NCBI GenBank assembly: GCA_039986495.1 | Contig: JBDWQP010000013.1 | Span: forward strand, 88,084-152,083 | Reading direction: 5' to 3' | Length of the DNA stretch: 64,000 nucleotides | Source of the DNA: Roseibium sp. | GTDB lineage: Bacteria > Pseudomonadota > Alphaproteobacteria > Rhizobiales > Stappiaceae | In this document: one piece after another, positions 28,165-37,751 of the stretch | Position numbering within the stretch: position 1 is the first letter of the stretch | How the letters are laid out: each line of letters begins with the position of its first letter | Notes under the pieces: model-generated | Told to the model about the DNA's origin: nothing | Database searches by the model: none | What the model saw: only the letters and a program-made list of their open reading frames with translations | Program-made: the position numbers and the translations under genes

Positions 28165-29268
28165 ATGACAATGGAACCTGCAACAAGCCTGACACCCAAG
28201 AGCCATGCGGCATCCGTGTCATTCAAGAATGTCACCAAGGTCTACGGCAAGGATGTCGTCGCCGTAGATGACATCTCTCTTGATATTGAAGCTGGCAAAC
28301 TCGTCACCCTGCTCGGCCCATCAGGTTGCGGCAAGACAACGACCCTGCGCATGATCGCCGGGTTGGAAATGGCAACAACCGGCAAGATCCTGATTGGCGG
28401 AGCTGATGTCACGACACTGCCGGCAACGGACCGTGACGTCTCCATGGTGTTTCAATCCTATGCCCTGTTTCCGCATATGAATGTCCTGGAGAACGTTTCC
28501 TACGGCCTGAAATTCAGCGGCTACAAAAAAGCCGAGACAAGGGAACGGGCCCTTGCCGGTCTCGAACTCGTCGGCCTGAAGGGGTATGGTGACCGCCTGC
28601 CTTCCGAGCTTTCCGGCGGACAGCAGCAGCGTGTTGCGGTTGCAAGGGCGCTCGTGCTTGAACCCCAAGTGCTGCTGTTTGACGAACCACTCTCCAATCT
28701 GGACGCCAAATTGCGCCGGCAGGTGCGTGAGGAAATCAGGGACATCCAGCAGTCGCTCGGGCTCACAGTTGTCTATGTCACCCACGATCAGGAAGAAGCG
28801 CTCGCAGTCTCTGACCGAATTATCGTGATGCGCAATGCCCAGATCGCCCAGGAAGGCGCACCGCGCGATCTTTATGAAATGCCCGATGATCAATTCGTGG
28901 CTGACTTCATTGGGGAAGCTAATTTGGTGAAATGCCAAATCGACAACGTTGATGGCGATCAGGCAACGGTCAGCATCGGCTCTTATCGACAGACGTTGCC
29001 CGCACGCGGTTTGCTCGCGGGTCCGGCAGTCCTTGCGGTGCGCCCAAATCGCATCCGGATCGATGCGGCAGGCACCGATGTTGGCATTGCAGCCCAAGTC
29101 TCCAAGGCGACCTATGTCGGGCGCCATATGGAATATACGCTTGCCGCTGAATTCGGTACGCTGTTTGTTACTTCGGGCGACATCGGTTCACCGCTTCCAA
29201 CCGGAACAGATGTCAGCCTGTCATTCCAGCAAGCTTCTCCGGTTCTGCTCCCCGCGGAAAATCAGTAA
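28165..29268 (+). CDS. ABC ATP-binding protein (AfuC/PotA type, TOBE)
   Basis: GPSGCGKTT, LSGGQQQRVA, LLFDEP, VTHDQEEA. Confidence 0.95.
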   Translation: MTMEPATSLTPKSHAASVSFKNVTKVYGKDVVAVDDISLDIEAGKLVTLLGPSGCGKTTTLRMIAGLEMATTGKILIGGADVTTLPATDRDVSMVFQSYALFPHMNVLENVSYGLKFSGYKKAETRERALAGLELVGLKGYGDRLPSELSGGQQQRVAVARALVLEPQVLLFDEPLSNLDAKLRRQVREEIRDIQQSLGLTVVYVTHDQEEALAVSDRIIVMRNAQIAQEGAPRDLYEMPDDQFVADFIGEANLVKCQIDNVDGDQATVSIGSYRQTLPARGLLAGPAVLAVRPNRIRIDAAGTDVGIAAQVSKATYVGRHMEYTLAAEFGTLFVTSGDIGSPLPTGTDVSLSFQQASPVLLPAENQ

Positions 29269-29468
29269 ATCGCGCTGGACAGCATCGCATTCACCTGTCG
29301 ACGGAAATACCCGCAATAGTTTCCGGGGCATTTCCAAAGTCCAATGATGCCACACAGGGCGAATTGCTATGGCACCGGGTGTGCGTGTTGAGGACTGGAC
29401 TTCAACTAATTCAGCAGCAGCAGACTAAGAGCTGCACTTAGAAACCAGGTATTCATTTCACCGAAGAC

Positions 29469-29509
29469 CAACAAGGCCCGAACCATCCCACTTGGTTCGG
29501 GCCTTGTTG
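29469..29509. terminator. Long hairpin between the two convergent ABC operons
   Basis: 17-bp perfect stem CAACAAGGCCCGAACCA-N7-TGGTTCGGGCCTTGTTG. Confidence 0.8.
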
Positions 29510-29521
29510 TAGCTGCCAGCA

Positions 29522-30274
29522 TTAACGCTTGGCAGCGTAGTAAGACACTCGCCGTTCCAGATAGGCCAGAAATTCTGACACTGAAAAGGCTAGTGCAAAC
29601 AGCACCAACAGAACCGCCCAAAAATGTGCCATCAGGAAATTGTTGGCATAGAGTTCGAACAACGCACCGAAGCCGACGATCGAGATCAGTAGTTGGCCAA
29701 TGATCACACCTTTCACGGCCCGGATAACGCCAATGCGGACCCCGCCCAGGATTTCCGGAAGAGCAGCCCAAAAGTAAATCTTGTAAAAGGCCTGAAGTGG
29801 TTTTGCCCCATAGCAGCGCGCCATCTCGACCAATGAGCGGTTGATCTGCAACACACCGGCTCGGGTATTCAGGATAATGATCCAGATCGCAAACAGGGTT
29901 GTGGTGATGATGATCGACTTCATACCAAAACCGAAGAGAACCATAAGTACAGGCACAAGAGCCGTAAGCGGAGCACTCAGGAACATGTTGACCCAGGGTA
30001 AAAGCAGTTCGTCGATCAGACGGTTTTTACCCATCAGGATCCCGATAGGAACACCAATCACGATGGAGAAAAATACACCGGCTGAAAAAGCGTAGGCCGT
30101 TTCAGAAAGTGCTTTCAGAAAAGGTTTGGTCCCAATCACCTGGAACAAGGTAACAATAACTTCTGACAAGGGCGGGATGAAGAAGGTCACATCCATACGC
30201 CCGACAATTTCCCAGAGTAGCCCCCACAAGATGAGCGAAGACATGGCGGGTAAACGGTAGCCGTAAATCGTCAT
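29522..30274 (-). CDS. NitT/TauT family ABC permease
   Basis: Six TM helices, EAA-like loop SLVEMARCYGA, ALPEILGGVRIG. Confidence 0.9.
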   Translation of the reverse strand: MTIYGYRLPAMSSLILWGLLWEIVGRMDVTFFIPPLSEVIVTLFQVIGTKPFLKALSETAYAFSAGVFFSIVIGVPIGILMGKNRLIDELLLPWVNMFLSAPLTALVPVLMVLFGFGMKSIIITTTLFAIWIIILNTRAGVLQINRSLVEMARCYGAKPLQAFYKIYFWAALPEILGGVRIGVIRAVKGVIIGQLLISIVGFGALFELYANNFLMAHFWAVLLVLFALAFSVSEFLAYLERRVSYYAAKR

Positions 30275-30285
30275 GAGCTCCCTCC

Positions 30286-31107
30286 CTATTCCACGTAGCT
30301 GCGTAGTGAAGCCCAGATACCATCTACGATATCCAGATACTCGGAGTCGCGTCTGATATTCTCGACATTCTTGTTTCGAAGCCCGCTCGGACGGATGATC
30401 TCTGAGACACGGCTCGGACGAGGCAGGAGAATGGCTATTTGATCAGACACATAAACCGCTTCCTCGATCGAATGGGTCACGAAGATGAAAGTCTTGTTCT
30501 CGTGCTGCACCAGATTCAGAAGGTCTTCCTGAAACTTTCGCCGTGTCTGCTCATCCACCGCCGAAAATGGTTCATCCATCAACAGAACGTCGGCATCCAC
30601 CGTCAAAGCCCGTGCGAGGCCAACGCGCTGACGCATCCCGCCGGAGAGTTCGTGCGGGTAACTGTTTTCAAATCCCGCCAATCCGACATCTGCGATGTAC
30701 TTTTCTGAAATCGCTTCCCTTTCGGATTTGGCCACACCACGCAATTCCAGCCCGAAAGCAACATTTCGTATGACACTTGCCCAGGGCAACAAGGCAAAAT
30801 CCTGAAACACAAAAGCACGATCGGGACCAGGCCCATCAACAGGCTTGCCGTTGACTTCTATTTCACCACTGTTTGGCTCAAGCAGGCCGGCAATGATTTT
30901 TAAAAGCGTTGTCTTGCCGCAGCCGGAGGGCCCCAACAGAGACGTCAATTGGCCGCGCGGAAACTCCAGAGTGAGATCTTTCAGCGCTTCAACATTTCCG
31001 TAGGTCTTGGAAATACCGCGTGCGACAACCGCATTGTCTGTTCCCGGCGTATCAGCAGTATCAATGACTTCTTTAATCTGAGGCATAACCACGGACATTT
31101 CCTTCAA
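30286..31107 (-). CDS. NitT/TauT family ABC ATP-binding protein
   Basis: GPSGCGKTT, VFQDFALLPW, LSGGMRQRV, LLMDEPFSAVD. The exact start is uncertain. Confidence 0.93.
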   Translation of the reverse strand: MKEMSVVMPQIKEVIDTADTPGTDNAVVARGISKTYGNVEALKDLTLEFPRGQLTSLLGPSGCGKTTLLKIIAGLLEPNSGEIEVNGKPVDGPGPDRAFVFQDFALLPWASVIRNVAFGLELRGVAKSEREAISEKYIADVGLAGFENSYPHELSGGMRQRVGLARALTVDADVLLMDEPFSAVDEQTRRKFQEDLLNLVQHENKTFIFVTHSIEEAVYVSDQIAILLPRPSRVSEIIRPSGLRNKNVENIRRDSEYLDIVDGIWASLRSYVE

Positions 31108-31834
31108 AGAGATAAACTTCCAACCGCTCCAGAAGGTTCAGGAACAAGACGGCAAGGACGATGATGGAGAAGATCGCGGCATACATGGCAGGGTAATCCG
31201 CGATCGAGCGGCTGTATGTGATAATGTCCCCGACACCGGTCGGAGTAATCTTGAGTTCGGCCAGGATTGCTCCGATAAAACCGGCGGAAACCCCGAGCCT
31301 CAGACCACTGAAAATCACCGGCGAAGCAGCAGGAATAATGATTTTCAAGATAATCTCTGCATCTGAAGCCAGGAAAGACCTGCCCATTTCTTTGAAAGAA
31401 GAGGGCGTATTTCTGACCGCGCTCGCAGTGTTCAGTACAATCACGGGCATGGCCATAATGCACACCACAAAAACTTTCGACGTCAGACCAATGCCATATG
31501 CCATGACCAGGAGCGGGATCAGCGCGGCCAACGGCGCAGCTTGCATGACAATAAAGATCGGAGAAAACAGCCATTCAAACTTGCTGCTGAGCCCAATCCA
31601 GAGACCCAGCCCAATCCCGAAGACTGCCGAGATCGTAACCCCAATCACCAGCGGACGAAGGGTTTCGACATAGGCTTGAAAGAGAGTTCCGTCAGCAGCC
31701 ATTCGAACCAATGCAGCCATCGATTCAAAAAAGGTCGGGAAGGCGTAACTTACTGGAATCATACCAGCGATCTGCCAGGCCCCGAACAAGACAGCTGCAG
31801 ACAATATCTTCAGCCAGAACGAACGGCTTTTCAT
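31073..31834 (-). CDS. NitT/TauT family ABC permease
   Basis: TM helices, KEMGRSFLA, IIIPAASPVIFSGLRLG. Confidence 0.9.
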   Translation of the reverse strand: MKSRSFWLKILSAAVLFGAWQIAGMIPVSYAFPTFFESMAALVRMAADGTLFQAYVETLRPLVIGVTISAVFGIGLGLWIGLSSKFEWLFSPIFIVMQAAPLAALIPLLVMAYGIGLTSKVFVVCIMAMPVIVLNTASAVRNTPSSFKEMGRSFLASDAEIILKIIIPAASPVIFSGLRLGVSAGFIGAILAELKITPTGVGDIITYSRSIADYPAMYAAIFSIIVLAVLFLNLLERLEVYLFEGNVRGYASD

Positions 31835-31863
31835 AAGTCCTAGTCCCTTGATTTGCAGGCGCG

Positions 31864-31893
31864 AAAAGCGACCGCCGATTGTCCGGCGGTCGC
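31864..31893 (-). other. Stem-loop after the binding-protein gene (stabiliser or partial terminator)
   Basis: GCGACCGCCG-attgtc-CGGCGGTCGC followed by T4 on the minus strand. Confidence 0.65.
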
Positions 31894-31903
31894 AAAAATT
31901 GGC

Positions 31904-32881
31904 TTATTTCGTCGCTGCATCAAGCGGAGCAAGGTACCAGAAGTCCTCAATATTCAAGGACGATAGATCACCTTCCAGTTGGCCAGCATCCGAATACCAT
32001 TCGATATCCGCTGTCGCTGCCTTACGGCCGCCGCCATTCGGGTCATAAAGACCACCCGCAACTGCATCGCTGTAGAACTCATCCAGGTTGCCCAGAATTT
32101 CTGGCGGCAGCTGTCCGATAGGGCCATCAGGATCCGTTTCCCTGCTGATAACGGTCGGATCTTTCGCCATATCCTGCCAGACACTGACCAGAGCACTTAC
32201 AAAGATATCGACGTCTTTTTCGTTGCTCTTGATCCAGTCAAGATTGGCGAAAAGTGCTTCGTCACTTGCTTCAACTTCGAACATTGGCAACACATTGAAT
32301 TTGTCACCGGCGATCTTCATGACTTTGTTCTTGTTCGACAGATCGACGATGGTCGCGTCAGTCTGTCCAGCCATAAGCGCTGCAACCCGGTTCGATGAAC
32401 CTGGTACATAGGAGCGGTCGCCAAATTTTATGTTGAGCTTGTCTTCGATCACGTTTGCAATGGAGTCCGTGCCACCACCGCGTGAATGAAGCATGATCGG
32501 CTCACCATTCAGCTCTTCAAGAGTGCTGTATTTTTTGGAGGTCACCGGAAAGAATTTCAGCTTTGAAAGCTGGAAAACAATGCGGATAGGGGCTTTTGAG
32601 CGCTGCATCGCAGCATATGGCGTCCCGAACCCAATGTCCATTTGCCCGCTCAAGACAGCCTGAATCGCCAACTCTTCATCCGAGAACGCTGTCCATTCGT
32701 AATCCAGTCCGTTGGCTTTGGCGCGATCGAGAGCGACGAAAAACGCGGCAAGTTCATCCGACGGTGTTTCCGCCAAGGCTATTTTGATTTTACCGGCAGC
32801 GTCTGCTGTCCCGGCCATAAGTCCGATCGCCAGCGGAATGACCGCTACTGCCGCACCCAATCTGCGCAAAAGTGACTTCAT
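31904..32881 (-). CDS. NitT/TauT (SsuA/THI5-like) substrate-binding protein
   Basis: Signal peptide MKSLLRRLGAAVAV, AIQAVLSGQMDIG, RVAALMAGQTDATI; GGAGG RBS before 32881. Confidence 0.88.
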   Translation of the reverse strand: MKSLLRRLGAAVAVIPLAIGLMAGTADAAGKIKIALAETPSDELAAFFVALDRAKANGLDYEWTAFSDEELAIQAVLSGQMDIGFGTPYAAMQRSKAPIRIVFQLSKLKFFPVTSKKYSTLEELNGEPIMLHSRGGGTDSIANVIEDKLNIKFGDRSYVPGSSNRVAALMAGQTDATIVDLSNKNKVMKIAGDKFNVLPMFEVEASDEALFANLDWIKSNEKDVDIFVSALVSVWQDMAKDPTVISRETDPDGPIGQLPPEILGNLDEFYSDAVAGGLYDPNGGGRKAATADIEWYSDAGQLEGDLSSLNIEDFWYLAPLDAATK

Positions 32882-32976
32882 CGTTTTTCCTCCCGAATGT
32901 TGGACCTTTTGGCCCGATAGTTTCAGAAACGTCCTCGGCGTCTTTGGCTCATTGGACACTCTGAATACAGTTCTCC

Positions 32977-33723
32977 TCATACCTGCTCGAACAAACGCGC
33001 CGAAACAGAGCTTATGTGCTGCCACATGGCGTCATGCGCGGCTTTTGGATCGCGCGCCTCAATGGCTGCGCAGATACGATCATGTTCGGTAAAGCTTGTG
33101 TGGTTTTCCGGCGGCCGCTCCGTTTCACGAATGACGGTGTTTACGGCAACGGTCCTGCTCACCTTGTTCAATTGATCAAACAGACCGATCAGCAGGATAT
33201 TGTCGGTCGCTTCAGCAATAGCGTAGTGAAACAAATCATCCTGGGCTTCATACAGTTCCCAGCTATTGGCTTCACGTGCTCGTTTCTTGGCCTGATTGAT
33301 CTTTTTCAGCGTTTCGCGGGACGCATGGATCGCCGCCTCCCGCGCGATCACAGCTTCAATGCATTGTCTTGCACGCATCATCTTTACCGGCGTAATTCGG
33401 TGACCGATGTCGGCTAACACTCCGAAATCAATCTGATCTTCTTGTCCGGATATGAAGGTTCCTTTGCCAACATGGCGCCAAATCACACCGTCACGTTCCA
33501 GGGTGTCCAACGCTTTGCGCAATGCAGTTCGGGTCATTTCAAGCTGACCAATGAGCTCGCGTTCTGGCGGCAGCCGGTCTCCCGGCTCATAGCCTTTTTT
33601 GGCGATGAACTCCTTCAGGACCCCAACTGCGTGACTGCGCTCAGATGCATCGACTCTCGTAAGCAAGAATTGGCTCTCCCTCGTTCGGTCAGCGTGACTG
33701 ATAACACCAAATTGGTCGATCAA
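32977..33723 (-). CDS. GntR/FadR family regulator with FCD domain
   Basis: PGDRLPPERELIGQLEMTRTALRKAL, GKGTFI, DDLFHYAIAEATDN, EHDRICAAI. The true start may lie a little downstream. Confidence 0.93.
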   Translation of the reverse strand: MIDQFGVISHADRTRESQFLLTRVDASERSHAVGVLKEFIAKKGYEPGDRLPPERELIGQLEMTRTALRKALDTLERDGVIWRHVGKGTFISGQEDQIDFGVLADIGHRITPVKMMRARQCIEAVIAREAAIHASRETLKKINQAKKRAREANSWELYEAQDDLFHYAIAEATDNILLIGLFDQLNKVSRTVAVNTVIRETERPPENHTSFTEHDRICAAIEARDPKAAHDAMWQHISSVSARLFEQV

Positions 33724-33862
33724 TTTTAGATCAATACGTTGATTAATCCGGAATCAATTTAATAATGCAAGAAAAAACGAAAAAATAAAATATTGGTTGT
33801 GATTGGTTGGAAATTCAGTAGGGTCCTTTTTAAGTCAAAATATCAATTTGCAGAGGTGATTT

Positions 33863-34549
33863 ATGTCTAAGTTCGTGATCGAGCCACCGCAGATGGCAAC
33901 GTTGCCGGTGAAGGGAACAGACAGCGAGTTCCCGGTCCGCCGGGTGTATTGCATCGGCCGGAATTACGCGGCTCATGCAGTCGAGATGGGCCACGATCCT
34001 GATAAAGAACCACCCTTCTTTTTCCAGAAAAACCCCAACAATCTCGACACCTCTGGGACATTCCCATACCCGCCAAAATCTGAAGATGTCCATCATGAAG
34101 TGGAACTGGCTGTCGCTTTAAAATCGGGCGGCAAAAACATTCCGATCGACGAAGCACTCGATCACGTGTTCGGCTATGCCATGTCACTCGACATGACCCG
34201 TCGTGACCTGCAGGGGTTGGCTAAAAAGATGGGTCGCCCTTGGGAAATCGGGAAAGCCTTCGAGGATTCTGCACCAATCACGCACCTGGTTCCGGCGACT
34301 GAATGCGGGCATCCCGACAAAGGAACAATCGTGCTCAAGGTAAATGGTGAGGTTCGTCAGGAAGGTGATTTGAACCAAATGATCTGGAAGATCCCGGAAA
34401 TGATCTCCTACCTGTCTGACTATTTTGAACTCGCCGCTGGCGACGTGATCATGACCGGAACCCCGTCAGGGGTTGGCCCGGTCAACCGCGGCGATAAAAT
34501 GGAAGCGACCGTTGACGGGTTGCCGCCGCTTCTGGTGAACGTCGTCTAG
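33863..34549 (+). CDS. Fumarylacetoacetate hydrolase family protein (NagK/YcgM-like)
   Basis: RVYCIGRNYAAH, HHEVEL, LDMTRRDLQ, GKAFE, MTGTPSGVG. Confidence 0.93.
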   Translation: MSKFVIEPPQMATLPVKGTDSEFPVRRVYCIGRNYAAHAVEMGHDPDKEPPFFFQKNPNNLDTSGTFPYPPKSEDVHHEVELAVALKSGGKNIPIDEALDHVFGYAMSLDMTRRDLQGLAKKMGRPWEIGKAFEDSAPITHLVPATECGHPDKGTIVLKVNGEVRQEGDLNQMIWKIPEMISYLSDYFELAAGDVIMTGTPSGVGPVNRGDKMEATVDGLPPLLVNVV

Positions 34550-34574
34550 TATAGACTAATTTTCCACAATGACG

Positions 34575-34604
34575 CCCCGGCGGAACACTCTGGCGGGGTT
34601 TTTT
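34575..34604 (+). terminator. Intrinsic terminator after the FAH gene
   Basis: CCCCGGCGGA-acac-TCTGGCGGGG (one mismatch) followed by T6. Confidence 0.7.
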
Positions 34605-34927
34605 ATCAGCTGCGATCCAACCCCAACATTACCAATGGATTTGGCCCTCTCTGATCGGACCATTTCTGGCGATCATGACGTTTGGCGGGGTGACCATCCA
34701 GGTCAAAAATTGCAACAAGGCGCGCTCCAGCATTCAATTCCTGTGCACGAACTTTGTCTGAGTTTCTGATTGCCATTATTCGACCTCAAATCTTGCCCGA
34801 CATTGTGTCCAAGCATTCACTCGGCAAGTGGGAACTGATTGTGGCCAAGGGGTGTTCTTCAGATTACAGATTTCACATTTTCTGTGATCTACTCCTGATG
34901 TAATTCACGGGATTCGGAGCCTAAGCA

Positions 34928-36703
34928 GTGACAACAGATCAAATTCTGCTCTTCGCATTGTTCGGAGCGGTTTTCGCCTTACTGGTCTGGGGACGCATTC
35001 GTTTCGACCTGATTGCTTTTGCAGCGCTTATTCTGGCAGCCTTTTTGGGCCTAATCCCCTCCAATCAGGTCTTCTCCGGCTTCGGCCATCCGGCTGTCAT
35101 CATCATTGCGCTGGTTCTGATTGTCTCCAAGGGCTTGATGAATTCAGGGGCGGTGGAAATGATCGCCCGGCACCTGCTGTCCACCTCTAGGGGATTGTCC
35201 AAGCATATTGGGTTGATGGCCGTCGTTGGAGCTGGTCTTTCCGCGATCATCAACAACGTGGCGGCACTGGCCTTGCTTATGCCACTGGATATCGAGGCTG
35301 CCAAAAAAGCAAAACGCGCTGCTGGCTTGACGCTCATGCCGCTGTCGTTTGCGACGATCCTTGGCGGTATGATCACACTCATCGGCACTCCGCCAAACAT
35401 CGTCATTGCTGCCTACAGGGCAGATGCACTTGGCGCACCATTCTCGATGTTTGATTTCACCCCTGTCGGCCTTGTTGTTGCGACTGCGGGAATTGCCTTT
35501 GTCACACTTTTTGGCTGGCGGCTGTTGCCAAAGCGTTTCAGCGCGCCGGTAGAAGAGGACAGCTTTGCGGAAAGCCTCTACAGCGCTGAACTAAAAGTCG
35601 GCAAGATCCCGGACGAAAAACCCGTCACGGTTGGTGATCTCTATCCAATCGCGGATGAGAAGGACATTGCCATCGTCGGCCTGATCCGCAATGGCCACAG
35701 GATCAGGGGCTTTGCCCGCCGGGAAAACATTCGGGAAAACGATTTCCTGTTGGTCGAGGGTGACCCGAAAGCCATTGAAAGCTTCATGGGGGCAGCCAAA
35801 CTCGAATTCGCCGGATCAGAACGCCACAAAGGTGGACTTGGCGGTGGAGCCCTTTCACTGATGGAAGCCATTGTTCCAGATGGTGCACGCGTGACCGGTC
35901 GATCAGCCTTCAGCCTGCGTTTACTCTATGGTCACAAGGTAACCCTGCTCGGGATATCACGGCAGGGTCGCCGGATTCAGAACCGGGTGCGCCACGAACC
36001 GACACGTCCCGGCGACGTCCTGCTACTGCTCGGACGCCCTGAAAGGCTTGATGGTGCTTGTAACTGGCTCGGTGTTCTACCGCTGGAAGGCCGGACAACC
36101 GACATGGTGCAGCGGAACAAGGCCTGGTTGGCCATTGGCGGCTTTATTCTGGCGATTGCCGTCGCTGTTGCCGGATTTGCCTACTTGCCGGTGGCACTGG
36201 CTGCTTGTGTTGTGCTCTATGCCGCCACAGGGCTGGTTAGTGGATCGGAGGTCTATAATGCAGTGGAGTGGAAAGTCATTGTGCTGCTTGGCTCCCTCAT
36301 CCCGCTTGGACAGGCCTTCGAGCAAGCAGGAAACGCCCAACTCATTGCAGACGGGATCGTTCAGATAACCGCTGGATCACCCGCCTGGGTAACCCTGACT
36401 GTCCTGATGATCGTCACAATGACCTTGTCCGACTTCCTCAACAATGTCGCAACCTGCCTGATTGCCGCACCGATATCTGTTCAGATAGCCAACACACTTG
36501 GTGTCAATCCGGATCCGTTCCTGATGGCGGTTGCCGTCGCCGGCTCATGCGCTTTCCTGACGCCAATCGGCCACAAGAACAACACCATCATCATGGGACC
36601 TGGCGGGTACCGTTTCGGCGATTACTGGCGCATCGGCCTGCCGCTGGAAATCCTTGTTCTTGCTGTCTCAATCCCCGCGCTTTTGTTTTTTTGGCCGTTA
36701 TAG
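34928..36703 (+). CDS. SLC13/DASS-like permease with TrkA-C domains
   Basis: SAIINNVA, TLIGTPPNIV, SDFLNNVAT, FLTPIGHKNN, GGYRFGDYWRIG; central soluble region. Confidence 0.9.
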   Translation: MTTDQILLFALFGAVFALLVWGRIRFDLIAFAALILAAFLGLIPSNQVFSGFGHPAVIIIALVLIVSKGLMNSGAVEMIARHLLSTSRGLSKHIGLMAVVGAGLSAIINNVAALALLMPLDIEAAKKAKRAAGLTLMPLSFATILGGMITLIGTPPNIVIAAYRADALGAPFSMFDFTPVGLVVATAGIAFVTLFGWRLLPKRFSAPVEEDSFAESLYSAELKVGKIPDEKPVTVGDLYPIADEKDIAIVGLIRNGHRIRGFARRENIRENDFLLVEGDPKAIESFMGAAKLEFAGSERHKGGLGGGALSLMEAIVPDGARVTGRSAFSLRLLYGHKVTLLGISRQGRRIQNRVRHEPTRPGDVLLLLGRPERLDGACNWLGVLPLEGRTTDMVQRNKAWLAIGGFILAIAVAVAGFAYLPVALAACVVLYAATGLVSGSEVYNAVEWKVIVLLGSLIPLGQAFEQAGNAQLIADGIVQITAGSPAWVTLTVLMIVTMTLSDFLNNVATCLIAAPISVQIANTLGVNPDPFLMAVAVAGSCAFLTPIGHKNNTIIMGPGGYRFGDYWRIGLPLEILVLAVSIPALLFFWPL

Positions 36704-36801
36704 GACCAAAATCATACACTTCTGGATTGATGAATGAGCTCCCTCCGCACTATATTATATCTGAAATGATGAACGTACATCATATTTAAAAAGGTGAGCC
36801 A

Positions 36802-37701
36802 ATGACCACTCCAAAACGGATCCTCTTCACTGGTGGCTCGGGCAAAGCTGGCAAGCATGTCATTCCCTATCTTCTGGATCAGGGTCACCGGGTCGTAAAC
36901 GTTGATCTGACCCCGCTGGATCACCCAGGCGTCGACAATCTGACAGCGGACATCACCCAGTCCGGTGAGATGTTTAATGTCATGACCAGCTACGCCAATT
37001 TCGACGAACTGGAGCCGGGAAACGGTGTTCCTAAATTTGACGCTGTTGTCCATTTTGCGGCCGTGCCACGCATTCTCCTGCAACCCGACAACAAGACGTT
37101 CGAAGTCAATACCATCGGCACCTACAACGTCATCGAAGCAGCAGTAAAACTTGGTATCAAGAAGATCGTTATTGCTTCATCAGAGACCACCTACGGTGTC
37201 TGTTTTGCTGATGGAACTGTCGATCCGGACGTCCTCCCGGTCGAAGAAAACTATGACGTCAACCCCATGGACAGCTATGGCCTGTCAAAAGTCGTGAATG
37301 AAAAAACTGCACGGGCCTTCCAGAGACGATCCGGTATCGACATTTACGCGCTTCGAATTGGCAACGTCATGGAGCCGCATGAATACGACCGATTCCCGGA
37401 TTTCTTCGAAAACCCGGCACAACGGCGAAGAAACATCTTCTGTTACATCGATGCACGGGATCTTGGCCAGATTGTTGATCGGTGCCTAGAGAAGGATGGA
37501 TTGGGGTATCAGGTTTTCAACGCCGGTAACGACACGAATTCCGTCGATATTCCCAACAGCGAAATCCTCAAACGCTTCTTCCCCAATGTTCCACTTGTCC
37601 GTGAACTTGGAGACCATGAGGCTTTATTTTCAAACCGGAAGATCCGGGAGGTTCTGGGTTTCAGAGAAGAACATAACTGGCGCAAATATGTGAAAAGCTG
37701 A
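36802..37701 (+). CDS. NAD-dependent epimerase/dehydratase (extended SDR)
   Basis: TGGSGKAG, VVHFAA, ASSETTYG, YGLSK. Confidence 0.9.
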   Translation: MTTPKRILFTGGSGKAGKHVIPYLLDQGHRVVNVDLTPLDHPGVDNLTADITQSGEMFNVMTSYANFDELEPGNGVPKFDAVVHFAAVPRILLQPDNKTFEVNTIGTYNVIEAAVKLGIKKIVIASSETTYGVCFADGTVDPDVLPVEENYDVNPMDSYGLSKVVNEKTARAFQRRSGIDIYALRIGNVMEPHEYDRFPDFFENPAQRRRNIFCYIDARDLGQIVDRCLEKDGLGYQVFNAGNDTNSVDIPNSEILKRFFPNVPLVRELGDHEALFSNRKIREVLGFREEHNWRKYVKS

Positions 37702-37751
37702 GCCTGACGCCAAATACGCTACAACCAAATTACAAAGTTAGGAATTCACAG

